From the NCBI GenBank assembly GCA_021780815.1, contig JAJXYC010000020.1, forward strand, positions 5,046 through 69,045: DNA of 64,000 bases, in the 5' to 3' direction. The notes under the pieces were generated by a model. The model was given only the letters and a program-made list of their open reading frames with translations. It was not told the origin of the DNA and searched no databases. This DNA comes from Bacteroidota bacterium (lineage in GTDB: Bacteria; Bacteroidota; Ignavibacteria; Kapaibacteriales; UBA2268). Shown here piece by piece: positions 47,171-56,943 of the stretch; position 1 is the stretch's first letter; every line of letters begins with the position of its first letter. Made by a program: the position numbers and the translations under genes.

Positions 47171-48252
47171 TGAAAATTATATATATATATATCCTTAAAA
47201 AGTTTATTAACACTTTTTTCTTTTCACTGCTTGCTTTAAGTATAATATTTATTATTGTAGATTTATTTGAAAATTTAGATAAATTTTTAGATAGAAATGC
47301 AGGATTGCAAAATATTGCACTTTATTATTTGTATTATATACCTTCAATTATTAAATTATTAATACCTATTGGCACATTAGTTTCAGCATTATTTTCAATT
47401 GGTAATTTATCAAATCAAAATGAAATAATTGCTATGAAATCTGGCTCGATGAGTTTATACAAATTAATGTTACCATTGATAATCTTGACGATATTCATAT
47501 CTGCTTTTCAACTTTGGTTTGTAGCTTACCAAGTCCCAAAAGCAAATAAAGAAAAGAATATCCTTGCTTATAAATATTTGGGTCAAGGAAATGAAACATC
47601 GTATTTAACTAATTTATATTTACGTGAAACACCTACAAGAAATGTATTAATTCGTGAGTTTAATTCAGATAAGCAAATTGGTTTTGATTTACAAGTTAAT
47701 GATTTTACAAACGATAAATCACCAAGGTTAAAAGATAGATATAGTGCTAAAAGTTTTAAATGGGATTCTATAGGCAAATGTTGGGATGCTACCAATGTAA
47801 CTAAAAAGTCTTTTAATTTCACAAAGATGAAAGAAGAGGTTTTGCCTGATTTAAAATTCAAATTTGACTTTAATAATAAAGAGTTATCGGAACTTGTAAA
47901 ACCTACCGAAGAAATGAATATTAAGGAATGGTATAAATTCATTATGTTTAACAAATCGGGTGGACAAAATGTTGAATTACAATTAACTGATTTTTATGGG
48001 GTAATTGCTTTTCCATTTGCCAATACTATCGTTATTTTATTTGCTGTTCCTTTTGCTTCTGTAAAAAAACGTGGAGGATTAGCTGTACAAATTGGTGCAG
48101 CGCTTACAATTTCTTTTGTCTATTTAATTTTTACCAAATTAGGCCAAACATTAGGTTTTGGTTTGGGGTTTCAACCTATACTTTCAGCTTGGTTAGCTAA
48201 TATTTTATTCTTTATTAGTGGCATTATTTTAATTTTAAAGACACCCAAATAA
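47170..48252 (+). CDS. LptF/LptG family LPS export permease
   Basis: 360 aa. The N-terminus IYILKKFINTFFFSLLALSIIFIIVDLFENLDKF is followed by a periplasmic beta-jellyroll region and C-terminal TM helices. Its ATG overlaps the preceding stop. Confidence 0.8.
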   Translation: MKIIYIYILKKFINTFFFSLLALSIIFIIVDLFENLDKFLDRNAGLQNIALYYLYYIPSIIKLLIPIGTLVSALFSIGNLSNQNEIIAMKSGSMSLYKLMLPLIILTIFISAFQLWFVAYQVPKANKEKNILAYKYLGQGNETSYLTNLYLRETPTRNVLIREFNSDKQIGFDLQVNDFTNDKSPRLKDRYSAKSFKWDSIGKCWDATNVTKKSFNFTKMKEEVLPDLKFKFDFNNKELSELVKPTEEMNIKEWYKFIMFNKSGGQNVELQLTDFYGVIAFPFANTIVILFAVPFASVKKRGGLAVQIGAALTISFVYLIFTKLGQTLGFGLGFQPILSAWLANILFFISGIILILKTPK

Positions 48253-48263
48253 CAAATAGTTTA

Positions 48264-48908
48264 TTAGGTCTTTAATAATTGTAAAATTTCATCACAAGTA
48301 TATTGACCATTTCCTGTCAGTAATTCTTTATTTACACCACAATAGGTGAACGGAGCTCCCAACTTTAAGGAATGTATTCTAGAATATTTGGAAAATTCAC
48401 CTTCAAAAAAACAAATTAATTTTATTTTTTGACTATCTGCAAAATCAAAGAATGAAGAATATATTTTTTCCTGTATCTCTTGCCATTTTTCAATATGCCC
48501 GTCTAAAACTAATTTGATAAAACTTGGCTGTAATGATGTAAGTGTTTGGAATAATTCAAAGTTATTATTGTTTAACTCTTCAAATTTAAGATTATGTAAT
48601 GATATAATAAAATTAAATTCAGATAAATAACTAATTCCTTTATTTCTAATATAATTATAATCAATATCTATAATTATATTTTGATTTGTTATGTGATTAC
48701 TTAATAATTGTAATTGATTTAGCGAATTTATTTTATAAATTATATTTTGAAAATTATTAGAATAATATTGTAAGTCTATATTTAATAAATTTATATTATC
48801 TAATCGTATTTCAATTAAATTTGTTATTGATTTTGCGTAATTTACTATATCATCATTGATATACTTTAAACTTAGACAAATCTTTGATAATTTGGTTAAA
48901 TTCATCAT
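48264..48908 (-). CDS. aroD: Divergent type I 3-dehydroquinate dehydratase
   Basis: 214 aa. KICLSL...IEIRLD aligns with the AroD N-terminus, SLHNL with the catalytic His region, FIKLVL with the Schiff-base Lys region, and GEFSKYSRI...GAPFTY with the C-terminal glycine/SR motif. It lies downstream of aroB. Confidence 0.55.
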   Translation of the reverse strand: MMNLTKLSKICLSLKYINDDIVNYAKSITNLIEIRLDNINLLNIDLQYYSNNFQNIIYKINSLNQLQLLSNHITNQNIIIDIDYNYIRNKGISYLSEFNFIISLHNLKFEELNNNNFELFQTLTSLQPSFIKLVLDGHIEKWQEIQEKIYSSFFDFADSQKIKLICFFEGEFSKYSRIHSLKLGAPFTYCGVNKELLTGNGQYTCDEILQLLKT

Positions 48909-49887
48909 TATTTAAATTCATTATTTTGGGTATTTCAAGATTTTCTAATAACACTAATTTATTAGTATTACTTAAATGCTTTTTATCTTTGGTAAGAGCT
49001 AATTTATTTATATTGCGATAATTAATTTTTAAGTTATAGTTAAAAGCATTAAATAAGTCAATAATATCATTTTTGGTGTTTGTTGGTAAGCCTGCAAATT
49101 TTTCAGAAATTTCCAAAGCAAGGTTGATGCCTTTTGCAACCGCTAACCCGTGCGGAATATTTTCTTTTAATTCAAATGAATGAGCGAAAGTATGACCAAA
49201 ATTTAAAAATAATCTCTGGTTTTCATCTTTAAAATCTATATTTATAATCTCACACTTTAAAGATATTGCTATTTCTAAAATTTCAGCAAGCACACCAAAA
49301 TTTAATAATTTTATTTGTTCAATATTTTGTTGAATTATTAAAAATAAGGATTTAGATTTAACAATAGCAATTTTAATTATTTCTGCTAAACCCGAAAAAA
49401 AATGCTCTTCTTGCAATGTTTTTAAAAAGTTAATATCAATAATCACTTTTTTGGGTAAATAATAGCTACCAATTAAATTTTTAATGTGTTGAAAATTAAT
49501 AGCATTCTTTCCTCCAATTGAAGCATCAGCCATAGAAAGTAAGGTTGTTGGTACTAATATTAAATTGACCCCACGTAAATACGAATTACAAGCAAATCCA
49601 ATTAAATCAGATAATGTGCCTCCACCAACACATACAACATTGTTGTCTTTGTGCAAATTGTTCTTTGAAAAAAATGAGTAAACGTTTTTTAGGTTATTAA
49701 AAGATTTTAACTCTTCGTTACTTTCAAGAATTAAAACTTTATTAGTTGGAAAGGTATATTTATATTTATTAAAAACATTTTTATCAATAATTACAAAGTC
49801 ATTATCATTAATATGAAACTCTGAAAAACCCATAAAGTGAATTTCTGATAAAAGCAGGGGAGATATTTCAATTTTATTAAACAACAT
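48853..49887 (-). CDS. aroB: 3-dehydroquinate synthase
   Basis: 344 aa. Contains VCVGGGTLSDLIGFACNSYLRGVNLILVPTTLLSMADASIGGKNAINF and FGHTFAHSFE. Confidence 0.85.
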   Translation of the reverse strand: MLFNKIEISPLLLSEIHFMGFSEFHINDNDFVIIDKNVFNKYKYTFPTNKVLILESNEELKSFNNLKNVYSFFSKNNLHKDNNVVCVGGGTLSDLIGFACNSYLRGVNLILVPTTLLSMADASIGGKNAINFQHIKNLIGSYYLPKKVIIDINFLKTLQEEHFFSGLAEIIKIAIVKSKSLFLIIQQNIEQIKLLNFGVLAEILEIAISLKCEIINIDFKDENQRLFLNFGHTFAHSFELKENIPHGLAVAKGINLALEISEKFAGLPTNTKNDIIDLFNAFNYNLKINYRNINKLALTKDKKHLSNTNKLVLLENLEIPKIMNLNNDEFNQIIKDLSKFKVYQ

Positions 49888-50935
49888 AATAGTTAATTGC
49901 TTTTAGTATATTATGCAGAACATCTAATTCAATTGTTTGTTCGGCATCACTCAATGCTTTTTCTGGGAACTGATGTGCTTCAATTATTAAACCATTAAAG
50001 CCAATCTGCATAGCCGCTTGTGAAAGTGAAGGCACTAAATTTCTTTTCCCAGCCGAGTGTGAAGGGTCAAAAATAACAGGTAAATCGCTTTTTGATTTTA
50101 TTTCAATAATTGAAGCAAAATCAGGAGGGAATCGCCAAAAATTTGAAGCACTTTCAAAAGTTCTAATTCCACGCAAACATAATATAACATTAGGATTTCC
50201 TTCATTAGTTATATATTTTGAGGCACTAATAAATTCATCTATTGTTGAGCCAAATCCTCTTTTAAGGATTACAGGTTTTTGATTTTTGGCAGTTAATTTT
50301 CCAATTTTACGTAAAAATTCAAAGTTTGTCATATTTCTACTGCCAATTAGAATTACATCAAAATATTCGTAATAATCTTTTGCTTGCTCTATATCTAAAA
50401 ATTCACTTACTGTATATAAGCCATTGTCTTTCGCCGCACTATAAAATATTTCAAGTCCTTTTTCTTGAAGACCTTGAAATGAATCTGGATTTGTACGAGC
50501 TTTAAAAATTCCACCTCTTAAAAATTTCACTCCAAATTCTTTAACTTTAATAGATATTTGTCGTATTTGTTCTTTACTTTCAACAGAACAAGGTCCTGCA
50601 ATTATAAGCTTATTGTTATTTATATACTTATTTATATCATCTAATACATTTGTATTTTGAATGTAAGATGTTGTTTTAACTTCTTGAAATATTCGTCTAT
50701 AAATATTAATAATTATATCTTTTACTTCATAATCAGAAATATTACAAGTAATTTCTCTAATTATTTTATTTTCTTGCTCAATATCTATTATTTTTAAATT
50801 ACTATTGATCTTTATTTTATGAATTAATTTTACTAAATCTAATCTTTCTAATATATTAGATACAATTAGTTTATCTATATTGTTAAGAGATTGGCGTAAT
50901 TCATTTATTTTATTTATATTATTAAGATTGTCCAT
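49877..50935 (-). CDS. Bifunctional chorismate mutase / 3-deoxy-7-phosphoheptulonate (DAHP) synthase
   Basis: 352 aa. AroQ-type N-terminus (INELRQSLNNIDKLIVSNILERL) and a type I-beta DAHP synthase core (IIAGPCSVES, RGGIFKARTNP, ILKRG, FDPSH). Confidence 0.8.
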   Translation of the reverse strand: MDNLNNINKINELRQSLNNIDKLIVSNILERLDLVKLIHKIKINSNLKIIDIEQENKIIREITCNISDYEVKDIIINIYRRIFQEVKTTSYIQNTNVLDDINKYINNNKLIIAGPCSVESKEQIRQISIKVKEFGVKFLRGGIFKARTNPDSFQGLQEKGLEIFYSAAKDNGLYTVSEFLDIEQAKDYYEYFDVILIGSRNMTNFEFLRKIGKLTAKNQKPVILKRGFGSTIDEFISASKYITNEGNPNVILCLRGIRTFESASNFWRFPPDFASIIEIKSKSDLPVIFDPSHSAGKRNLVPSLSQAAMQIGFNGLIIEAHQFPEKALSDAEQTIELDVLHNILKAINYYVV

Positions 50936-50938
50936 ATT

Positions 50939-51760
50939 TTAATTGCTGAATAATTCATTAAAATTGCTAACTTCTTTATATTTAGTTAAATTAATTGATT
51001 TTATTTCATTAATTACATTGATTTTATCAAAACTTTCAATTTGTAAAGTGATTTTATTATTTTTTACAACGTCTTGGATAACAATATTTAAAGGCAAATT
51101 ACCATAATTACCATAATTAGCAAAATTATTATAATTTATTTGATAATTGTTAATTTTATAATTAACAATTATTTTGATTATAGAATTTAAAGAATTCAAG
51201 TAAAAAAAATGGACATTTGCATTATTATCAAGTAATTGATTAAAAGATAACGTGTCTTGATTTGCGGTAACTTGAATATTATCAAAATTTTGAAGAAATG
51301 GTTCAGCAGTAAAAACTTTAAAAAATATTTGAGACATAGGACTTAAAAATTCAAAATTTTCAATTCCCTCTTTATTCTTATAATATTTTCCTTGCCAAAG
51401 ATTGCAAAAAATATTTGTTAAAGTATCCGAATAAATACGTGCGACGTTGATTCCAAAAGGTCCAAAAATATCTAAAAGAAAAATGCGATTTTTTATAGAT
51501 TGAATCTCAAAACTGCCTTTTAATTCTTCTCCATTTAATAATAAAGAAATTTGTCCATTGCATTCGAAACTTTCAATATTCTTTGATTTAATTTCTATAT
51601 TTGATTCTTTCCCGTTTTGTTCAGTATTTAAAGTATCTTTTTTTATATGAGTTTGCTCATATTTTTTTTGTACTTTTGTTGATGAACAAGTTAAACAAAA
51701 TATAGCAATAAGAAAGAAAAAAAGAAATTTTACTATTTGTAAGATTTTTGATTTTATCAT
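50939..51760 (-). CDS. Hypothetical lipoprotein
   Basis: 273 aa. Signal peptide plus lipobox CLTCSS. No other motif recognised. Confidence 0.5.
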   Translation of the reverse strand: MIKSKILQIVKFLFFFLIAIFCLTCSSTKVQKKYEQTHIKKDTLNTEQNGKESNIEIKSKNIESFECNGQISLLLNGEELKGSFEIQSIKNRIFLLDIFGPFGINVARIYSDTLTNIFCNLWQGKYYKNKEGIENFEFLSPMSQIFFKVFTAEPFLQNFDNIQVTANQDTLSFNQLLDNNANVHFFYLNSLNSIIKIIVNYKINNYQINYNNFANYGNYGNLPLNIVIQDVVKNNKITLQIESFDKINVINEIKSINLTKYKEVSNFNELFSN

Positions 51761-51879
51761 AATTTCAAAAATACGTAATTAACGTAAATATTAATTAATT
51801 CTCAAAATCAAAGTAAAAAAGTTTATACTAATATTTAACTAATAAATTCGTTTTATGCATTAATAAATATAGCAGTATT

Positions 51880-52332
51880 ATGGTATATGTAACACGTAAG
51901 GCAAGTTTTTCAGCTGCACATAGATTGAATAACCCCGAATTAAATGAGAATGCTAATAGTGAACTTTACGACAAGTGTAATAATTTTTGGGGACATGGGC
52001 ATAATTATACAATAGAAGTAACTATATGCGGTAAGCCTAATCCTGATACTGGATATTTAATAGATTTAAAATTATTGAAGAAAATAATTGAAGAAAATAT
52101 ACTTTCAAAGGTTGACCACAAACATTTAAATTACGATGTTAATTTTTTTAAAGGAATTATAACTTCTATTGAAAATATGGTATATTTGTTTTGGCAACAA
52201 TTAGTGGACAAAATACCAAATGGGAAACTTTACAAAATAAAAATATGGGAAACTGAAAACAACGCAATCGAGTATTTTGGTGAACCGTTTGAAGTAAAAA
52301 TTTTTGAAGAAAAGGAAAAAGCAAATGAGTGA
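51880..52332 (+). CDS. queD: 6-carboxytetrahydropterin / 6-pyruvoyl-tetrahydropterin synthase family protein
   Basis: 150 aa. Contains FSAAHRL, CNNFWGHGHNY and HKHLN, the PTPS/QueD signatures. Confidence 0.75.
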   Translation: MVYVTRKASFSAAHRLNNPELNENANSELYDKCNNFWGHGHNYTIEVTICGKPNPDTGYLIDLKLLKKIIEENILSKVDHKHLNYDVNFFKGIITSIENMVYLFWQQLVDKIPNGKLYKIKIWETENNAIEYFGEPFEVKIFEEKEKANE

Positions 52333-53083
52333 AACAACAAATTTACCACAAAAAGCCGAAAGTTCAGGATTAGTTAAACCACAAGAGATGTCTATTGAGC
52401 AATTTGAAGAAAAGTATTATGATTTACCTTTGGATATATTTCCAAAATTTAATTCTCTTGGGTATGAGCTTTTTGATTCAAACGATAATAGAAAACTCAG
52501 TGATTTTGAAAGAAAGCAAATGATACTTGAGTTAGAAAAAAAAATATCTGAAATGCTGGATGTGTTAAGAATATCCAGACGAGACCCGAATAGCACACAT
52601 ACTCCTTTAAGAGTTGCTAAAATGTTAGTAAATGAATTACTCGTTGGTAGATATTCTGCACCACCAAAGATGACAATATTTCCAAATAGAAAACATGTAA
52701 ACAATTTAATTATTAGTCAAGGAATAGAAATAATGTCTCTTTGTTCTCATCATTGGCAAACAATTTCAGGACGCTGTGTTATTGGCTATATTCCTGGAGA
52801 TTATGTTGTAGGAATATCAAAGTTTAGTCGTATAGTTCAATGGTTTTCTCGTCGTCCACAAATTCAAGAAGAACTTGGCGAACAAATTGCTGATTATATT
52901 CAAAAGATTTTAAAACCAAAAGCATTAGGTGTTGTAATTAAAGCCAAACACTTTTGTATGATTGCTCGTGGAGTAGAGGAATCTGAGGAAGAAACCCAAA
53001 TGATTACTTCAGTGATGAGAGGATATATGTTGAATGACCAAACTTTGCGAAATGAGTTTTTAAATTTGATTAAGGATTTTTAA
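52304..53083 (+). CDS. folE: GTP cyclohydrolase I with an N-terminal extension
   Basis: 259 aa. Contains HTPLRVAKML, SLCSHHWQ and the C-terminal HFCMIARGV. The start may be the ATG at 52325, which would overlap the queD-like gene by only 8 nt. Confidence 0.8.
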   Translation: MKKRKKQMSETTNLPQKAESSGLVKPQEMSIEQFEEKYYDLPLDIFPKFNSLGYELFDSNDNRKLSDFERKQMILELEKKISEMLDVLRISRRDPNSTHTPLRVAKMLVNELLVGRYSAPPKMTIFPNRKHVNNLIISQGIEIMSLCSHHWQTISGRCVIGYIPGDYVVGISKFSRIVQWFSRRPQIQEELGEQIADYIQKILKPKALGVVIKAKHFCMIARGVEESEEETQMITSVMRGYMLNDQTLRNEFLNLIKDF

Positions 53084-53737
53084 TTGAATTTCCCTGATTT
53101 TTCTGAAGAACAAAAGTATTGGGATAATGAAACTTTTATAGTTGGGGTTGATGAGGCGGGACGTGGTTGTCTTGCAGGTCCAGTTGTTGCGGCAGCGGTA
53201 GTTTTTCCAATTAATTTTACGGTTGATAATTCAATTTGTGTTATTAATGATTCCAAAAAATTAAACTTAAAGCAACGCTTAAAGTGTTTTCAATATATTA
53301 CTCAAAATGCAATTGACTTTTCTGTTGCTATCGTAGATTCATCAGTTATTGATGAAATCAATATTTTAAATGCTTCTATTTTAGCTATGAATTTAGCTAT
53401 TAGCAAACTTCATCAAATTAAATTTCATCTTTTAATTGATGGTAATAGATTTTACACTAAATTATCATTTTCTTACACTACGATTGTAAAAGGAGATAGC
53501 AAATCTATTTCTATTTCGGCGGCATCAATTATAGCCAAAGTAACGAGAGATAATTTTGTAAGAAATTATTTACATCAAATTTATCCTAATTATAAATTTG
53601 ATAAACATTTAGGTTATGCTACCAAACAACATTTTGAAGCAATTGACGAATTTGGAATTACACCAGACCATAGGAAATCCTTTTTAGTCAAGTATTATAA
53701 TAGAAAAAACTATCAAATAAACAAGCCATTGTTTTAA
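53084..53737 (+). CDS. rnhB: Ribonuclease HII
   Basis: 217 aa with a TTG start. Contains GVDEAGRGCLAGPVVAAAV, DSKKL and IAKVTRD. Confidence 0.85.
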   Translation: MNFPDFSEEQKYWDNETFIVGVDEAGRGCLAGPVVAAAVVFPINFTVDNSICVINDSKKLNLKQRLKCFQYITQNAIDFSVAIVDSSVIDEINILNASILAMNLAISKLHQIKFHLLIDGNRFYTKLSFSYTTIVKGDSKSISISAASIIAKVTRDNFVRNYLHQIYPNYKFDKHLGYATKQHFEAIDEFGITPDHRKSFLVKYYNRKNYQINKPLF

Positions 53738-53772
53738 ATTTTTCGTATTTTTGTAAAAAATTATTTTTCAAT

Positions 53773-55056
53773 ATGAATTATTTATTTAAAAAAATAAGAA
53801 TAATCAATCCGTTTCAAAATCTTGATGAAATAGCGGATTTATGGATTAAAGATGGAGTAATTGTAAAAATTGCAAAAGAAATCTCAACTACCGATAATGA
53901 CATAGAAATAATTGATAGTCAAACACTTGTAGCCTCACCGGGTTTTTTTGATATGCATGTTCATTTTCGTGATCCAGGATTTGAATATAAAGAAGACTTG
54001 CGAACAGGTGCGGAATCTGCGGCAAATGGGGGATTTACAGGTGTGTTAATAATGCCCAATACGAAACCTCCTATTCACGATAAAACAGTAGTTGAATACA
54101 TCAAATCTAATACTCAAAACTCAATAGTTGATATATATATATCAGGAACTATTACTCAAAATCAAGAAGGAAAGTTAATTTCTAATATGCTGGAAATGAA
54201 TGAACATGGAGTTAAACTATTTACTGATGATGGCAAGTGTGTTATGAACAGTGATGTTATGAGACGTGCTTTTGATTATGCAACACCAAAGGATTTACTA
54301 ATATCTCAACATTGCGAAGATATATTTTTGACTGAAGGTTTTGATATGAATGAGTCAGAAATTTCGGTTAAACTTGGTCTAAAAGGTTATCCATCTATTG
54401 CAGAAGAAGTTATTTTATATAGAGATATTCTATTATCTGAATATTGTGGTAATCGTCGTTATCATGCTCAACATTTAAGCACTCAAAATTCTGTTGACCT
54501 AATACGTTATGCTAAAAGAAAAGGTTTACGTGTAACTTGCGAAGTTACTCCACATCATTTTTCTTTAACAGAAGATACACTTACCTCGTATAATACTAAT
54601 TTTAAGATGAATCCACCTTTAAGAAAAGCAAATGATTTGCAAGCAATTAAAGAAGGATTAAAAGATGGAACAATTGATGTAATTGCAACAGACCATGCTC
54701 CACATTCTAATTTAGAAAAAGAAGTTGAATTTGACAAAGCGCCTAATGGAATTATCGGACTTGAAACTGCATTTGGGTTATCTGTTACTCATCTTGTTGA
54801 AGAAAATTGGCTTACAATTAATCAATTAATTGAAAAAATGTCTGTTAATCCAAGAAAAATATTGCATCTTCCGCCAATTTCTTTCCAAGAAAATTTACAA
54901 GCAAATATTACGATTTTTGACCCAAAAGAAGAATGGATTGTTAATAAAACAAACTTTAAATCAAAATCACAGAATACTCCATTTGATAATTTAAAATTGA
55001 AAGGAAAAGTCAAATTTATTTTTAACAATAATAAAGTTTATAAATCTTCACTATAA
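53773..55056 (+). CDS. pyrC: Dihydroorotase
   Basis: 427 aa. Contains PGFFDMHVHFRDPG, the TDHAPH motif (VIATDHAPHS) and GIIGLETAF. Confidence 0.85.
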   Translation: MNYLFKKIRIINPFQNLDEIADLWIKDGVIVKIAKEISTTDNDIEIIDSQTLVASPGFFDMHVHFRDPGFEYKEDLRTGAESAANGGFTGVLIMPNTKPPIHDKTVVEYIKSNTQNSIVDIYISGTITQNQEGKLISNMLEMNEHGVKLFTDDGKCVMNSDVMRRAFDYATPKDLLISQHCEDIFLTEGFDMNESEISVKLGLKGYPSIAEEVILYRDILLSEYCGNRRYHAQHLSTQNSVDLIRYAKRKGLRVTCEVTPHHFSLTEDTLTSYNTNFKMNPPLRKANDLQAIKEGLKDGTIDVIATDHAPHSNLEKEVEFDKAPNGIIGLETAFGLSVTHLVEENWLTINQLIEKMSVNPRKILHLPPISFQENLQANITIFDPKEEWIVNKTNFKSKSQNTPFDNLKLKGKVKFIFNNNKVYKSSL

Positions 55057-55095
55057 TTATAACTTGCAAATATTATATATTATAATGGGTTTAAA

Positions 55096-55341
55096 ATGGA
55101 AGATTCAAAAAATAATAATAAAAAAAACTTAGAAAAGCCTAAAAAAGATGAAGTTTCAGAATATAAGCAAAAAAGTCAAGAAGAACTTTTCCGAGCAATG
55201 ATGGTTAAAGAAATGTTACATAAAATAGAAGATAAATTGCAAAACAGCGATAACGATAGAGAAAATATCGTGAATACAATTAAACAAGTATCTGATGAAA
55301 GTGCATTTATAGCCGCATTGAAAAAAATTAAGAATAAATAA
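55096..55341 (+). CDS. Hypothetical small charged protein
   Basis: 81 aa, Lys/Glu-rich. No motif recognised. Confidence 0.35.
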   Translation: MEDSKNNNKKNLEKPKKDEVSEYKQKSQEELFRAMMVKEMLHKIEDKLQNSDNDRENIVNTIKQVSDESAFIAALKKIKNK

Positions 55342-55470
55342 TTGGAATATAATCTATATTATGTAAACTAATATTTATTTCTTATTTTATCTTAAAAAAA
55401 ATAATTTATTTTATCTTAAAATTGTTCTCTGTTTATTAATTTTGTATTTGATATTTTATTAACAAAAAAA

Positions 55471-55992
55471 TTGGTACTTATGAAAAATAATTCTAAAAAT
55501 TACGTCATTGCAGTCAGTTTGGTATTGCTTACTTTTGTAATGAGACTGGTTCCACATTTTGCAAATTTCACTCCATTATTCACGATTGGAATTTTTTCAG
55601 CAGTTTTTTTCAAAAATCGCCTATACTCTGTTTTGCTTCCAATAATTGCAATGTTAATATCCGATATTTTTCTGGGATTTTATACCGAAGTTTGGGCTAT
55701 ATATTTGTCAATGGTCGTTGCTCAATTGATAAGTTTTGATTTAGCAAAATCCAATAAAAAGTCTTTATTTGCCACAGCAAATTTTGTAGCACCTACTATT
55801 TTCTTTATTTTATCAAACTTTGCCGTATGGATTGCTTGGTATTCTCACGATTTCATTGGATTATCTGACTGTTACATAAATGCTCTGCCATTTTATGGAA
55901 CAACAGTTGTTAGCACATTCTTATATTCTTATTTATTTTATGGTATTTATAAAATTAATTTGAAACATTCTTTGAAAATTCAAGAAAATTAG
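55471..55992 (+). CDS. Small polytopic membrane protein (DUF6580-like putative transporter component)
   Basis: About 170 aa with 5-6 TM helices. The N-terminal RLVPHFANFTP pattern recalls the DUF6580 family; this is from memory and not verified. Confidence 0.45.
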   Translation: MVLMKNNSKNYVIAVSLVLLTFVMRLVPHFANFTPLFTIGIFSAVFFKNRLYSVLLPIIAMLISDIFLGFYTEVWAIYLSMVVAQLISFDLAKSNKKSLFATANFVAPTIFFILSNFAVWIAWYSHDFIGLSDCYINALPFYGTTVVSTFLYSYLFYGIYKINLKHSLKIQEN

Positions 55993-56016
55993 CAACTGAC
56001 TATTTGTATATAACTT

Positions 56017-56062
56017 AAACAAACTCATTGTATTAAATAAATATAATGAGTTTGTTTTTATT
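56017..56062. terminator. Bidirectional terminator between the membrane protein gene and fliO
   Basis: aaacaaactcatt (56017-56029) pairs perfectly with aatgagtttgttt (56045-56057), followed by tt. Confidence 0.75.
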
Positions 56063-56101
56063 ACTTAAAAATTTATAATTAATTGTATTAATTACCTTGT
56101 A

Positions 56102-56509
56102 TTAATTACCTTTTGAAAAAGCAGATTTCAAAAAAGCTTTAAAAGACAAATTATCTTCCGTTGTTACTGGTATATTTTCAACTTGTTTATTTGATTGTTT
56201 ATTAGAAACATAAGAAGGATTAGGAAAATCAGACTTAGATAAAAATGTATTTGAATTGTTTTCCGTTAATTCAGAAATTAAAGCAATATTTTTATCGGTA
56301 ACTCCAATTAAAAAAATCCTCTCACCTACTTTAAATGTAAATAAAGAGGCATTTCTAGAAAGTGAGATTTTAGAAATAACCTTCCCATGGTGTGTTCCTA
56401 ATTGAGAATATTTTTTTGTAGAGAACTTTTTTAAATATAAAGAAATAATAAAAAGCACTAGAATAATCAAAGAAAGAAAAATAAATGAGTTTAATAAATT
56501 TCCATCCAT
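56102..56509 (-). CDS. fliO: Flagellar biosynthesis protein FliO-like
   Basis: 135 aa with a single N-terminal TM helix (FIFLSLIILVLFIISLYL). It sits immediately downstream of fliN. The call rests mostly on position. Confidence 0.5.
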   Translation of the reverse strand: MDGNLLNSFIFLSLIILVLFIISLYLKKFSTKKYSQLGTHHGKVISKISLSRNASLFTFKVGERIFLIGVTDKNIALISELTENNSNTFLSKSDFPNPSYVSNKQSNKQVENIPVTTEDNLSFKAFLKSAFSKGN

Positions 56510-56550
56510 AAAAGTACATCCTTCTGTATATGGTTATAAAAACAAAAAAA

Positions 56551-56943
56551 TTAAGAACGAGCAGCACGCAGTCTTTCAGAAGGAGTAATTAAAGTAGTAA
56601 TACGGATACCAAAATGTTTATCTATAACAACTACTTCGCCTTCTGCAACTTTTTTGCCATTAATTAAAACATCAATTGGTTCGCTGACTAATTTATCAAA
56701 TTCAATAACAGAACCTCGTCCCAATCTCAAAATATCACGAATAAGCATATTAGTTCGTCCCAGTTCAATTGAAACAGGTAGTTGCAAATCTAACAAAAGT
56801 TCTAATTTGGGGTCTAAAGAATCAAATTTCACTTCTGATTGTTCATTATCGCTATCAAGAGGATGTTGCTCTTGTGAAGTATCTTCAGCAGTGTCCAAAC
56901 CACCACTGATTAAAGCATCAATTTCTTCCTGAGTCATAGTCAT
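56551..56943 (-). CDS. fliN: Flagellar motor switch protein FliN
   Basis: 130 aa. The C-terminal SpoA domain is LLDLQLPVSIELGRTNMLIRDILRLGRGSVIEFDKL...INGKKVAEGEVVVIDKHFGIRIT. Confidence 0.9.
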   Translation of the reverse strand: MTMTQEEIDALISGGLDTAEDTSQEQHPLDSDNEQSEVKFDSLDPKLELLLDLQLPVSIELGRTNMLIRDILRLGRGSVIEFDKLVSEPIDVLINGKKVAEGEVVVIDKHFGIRITTLITPSERLRAARS

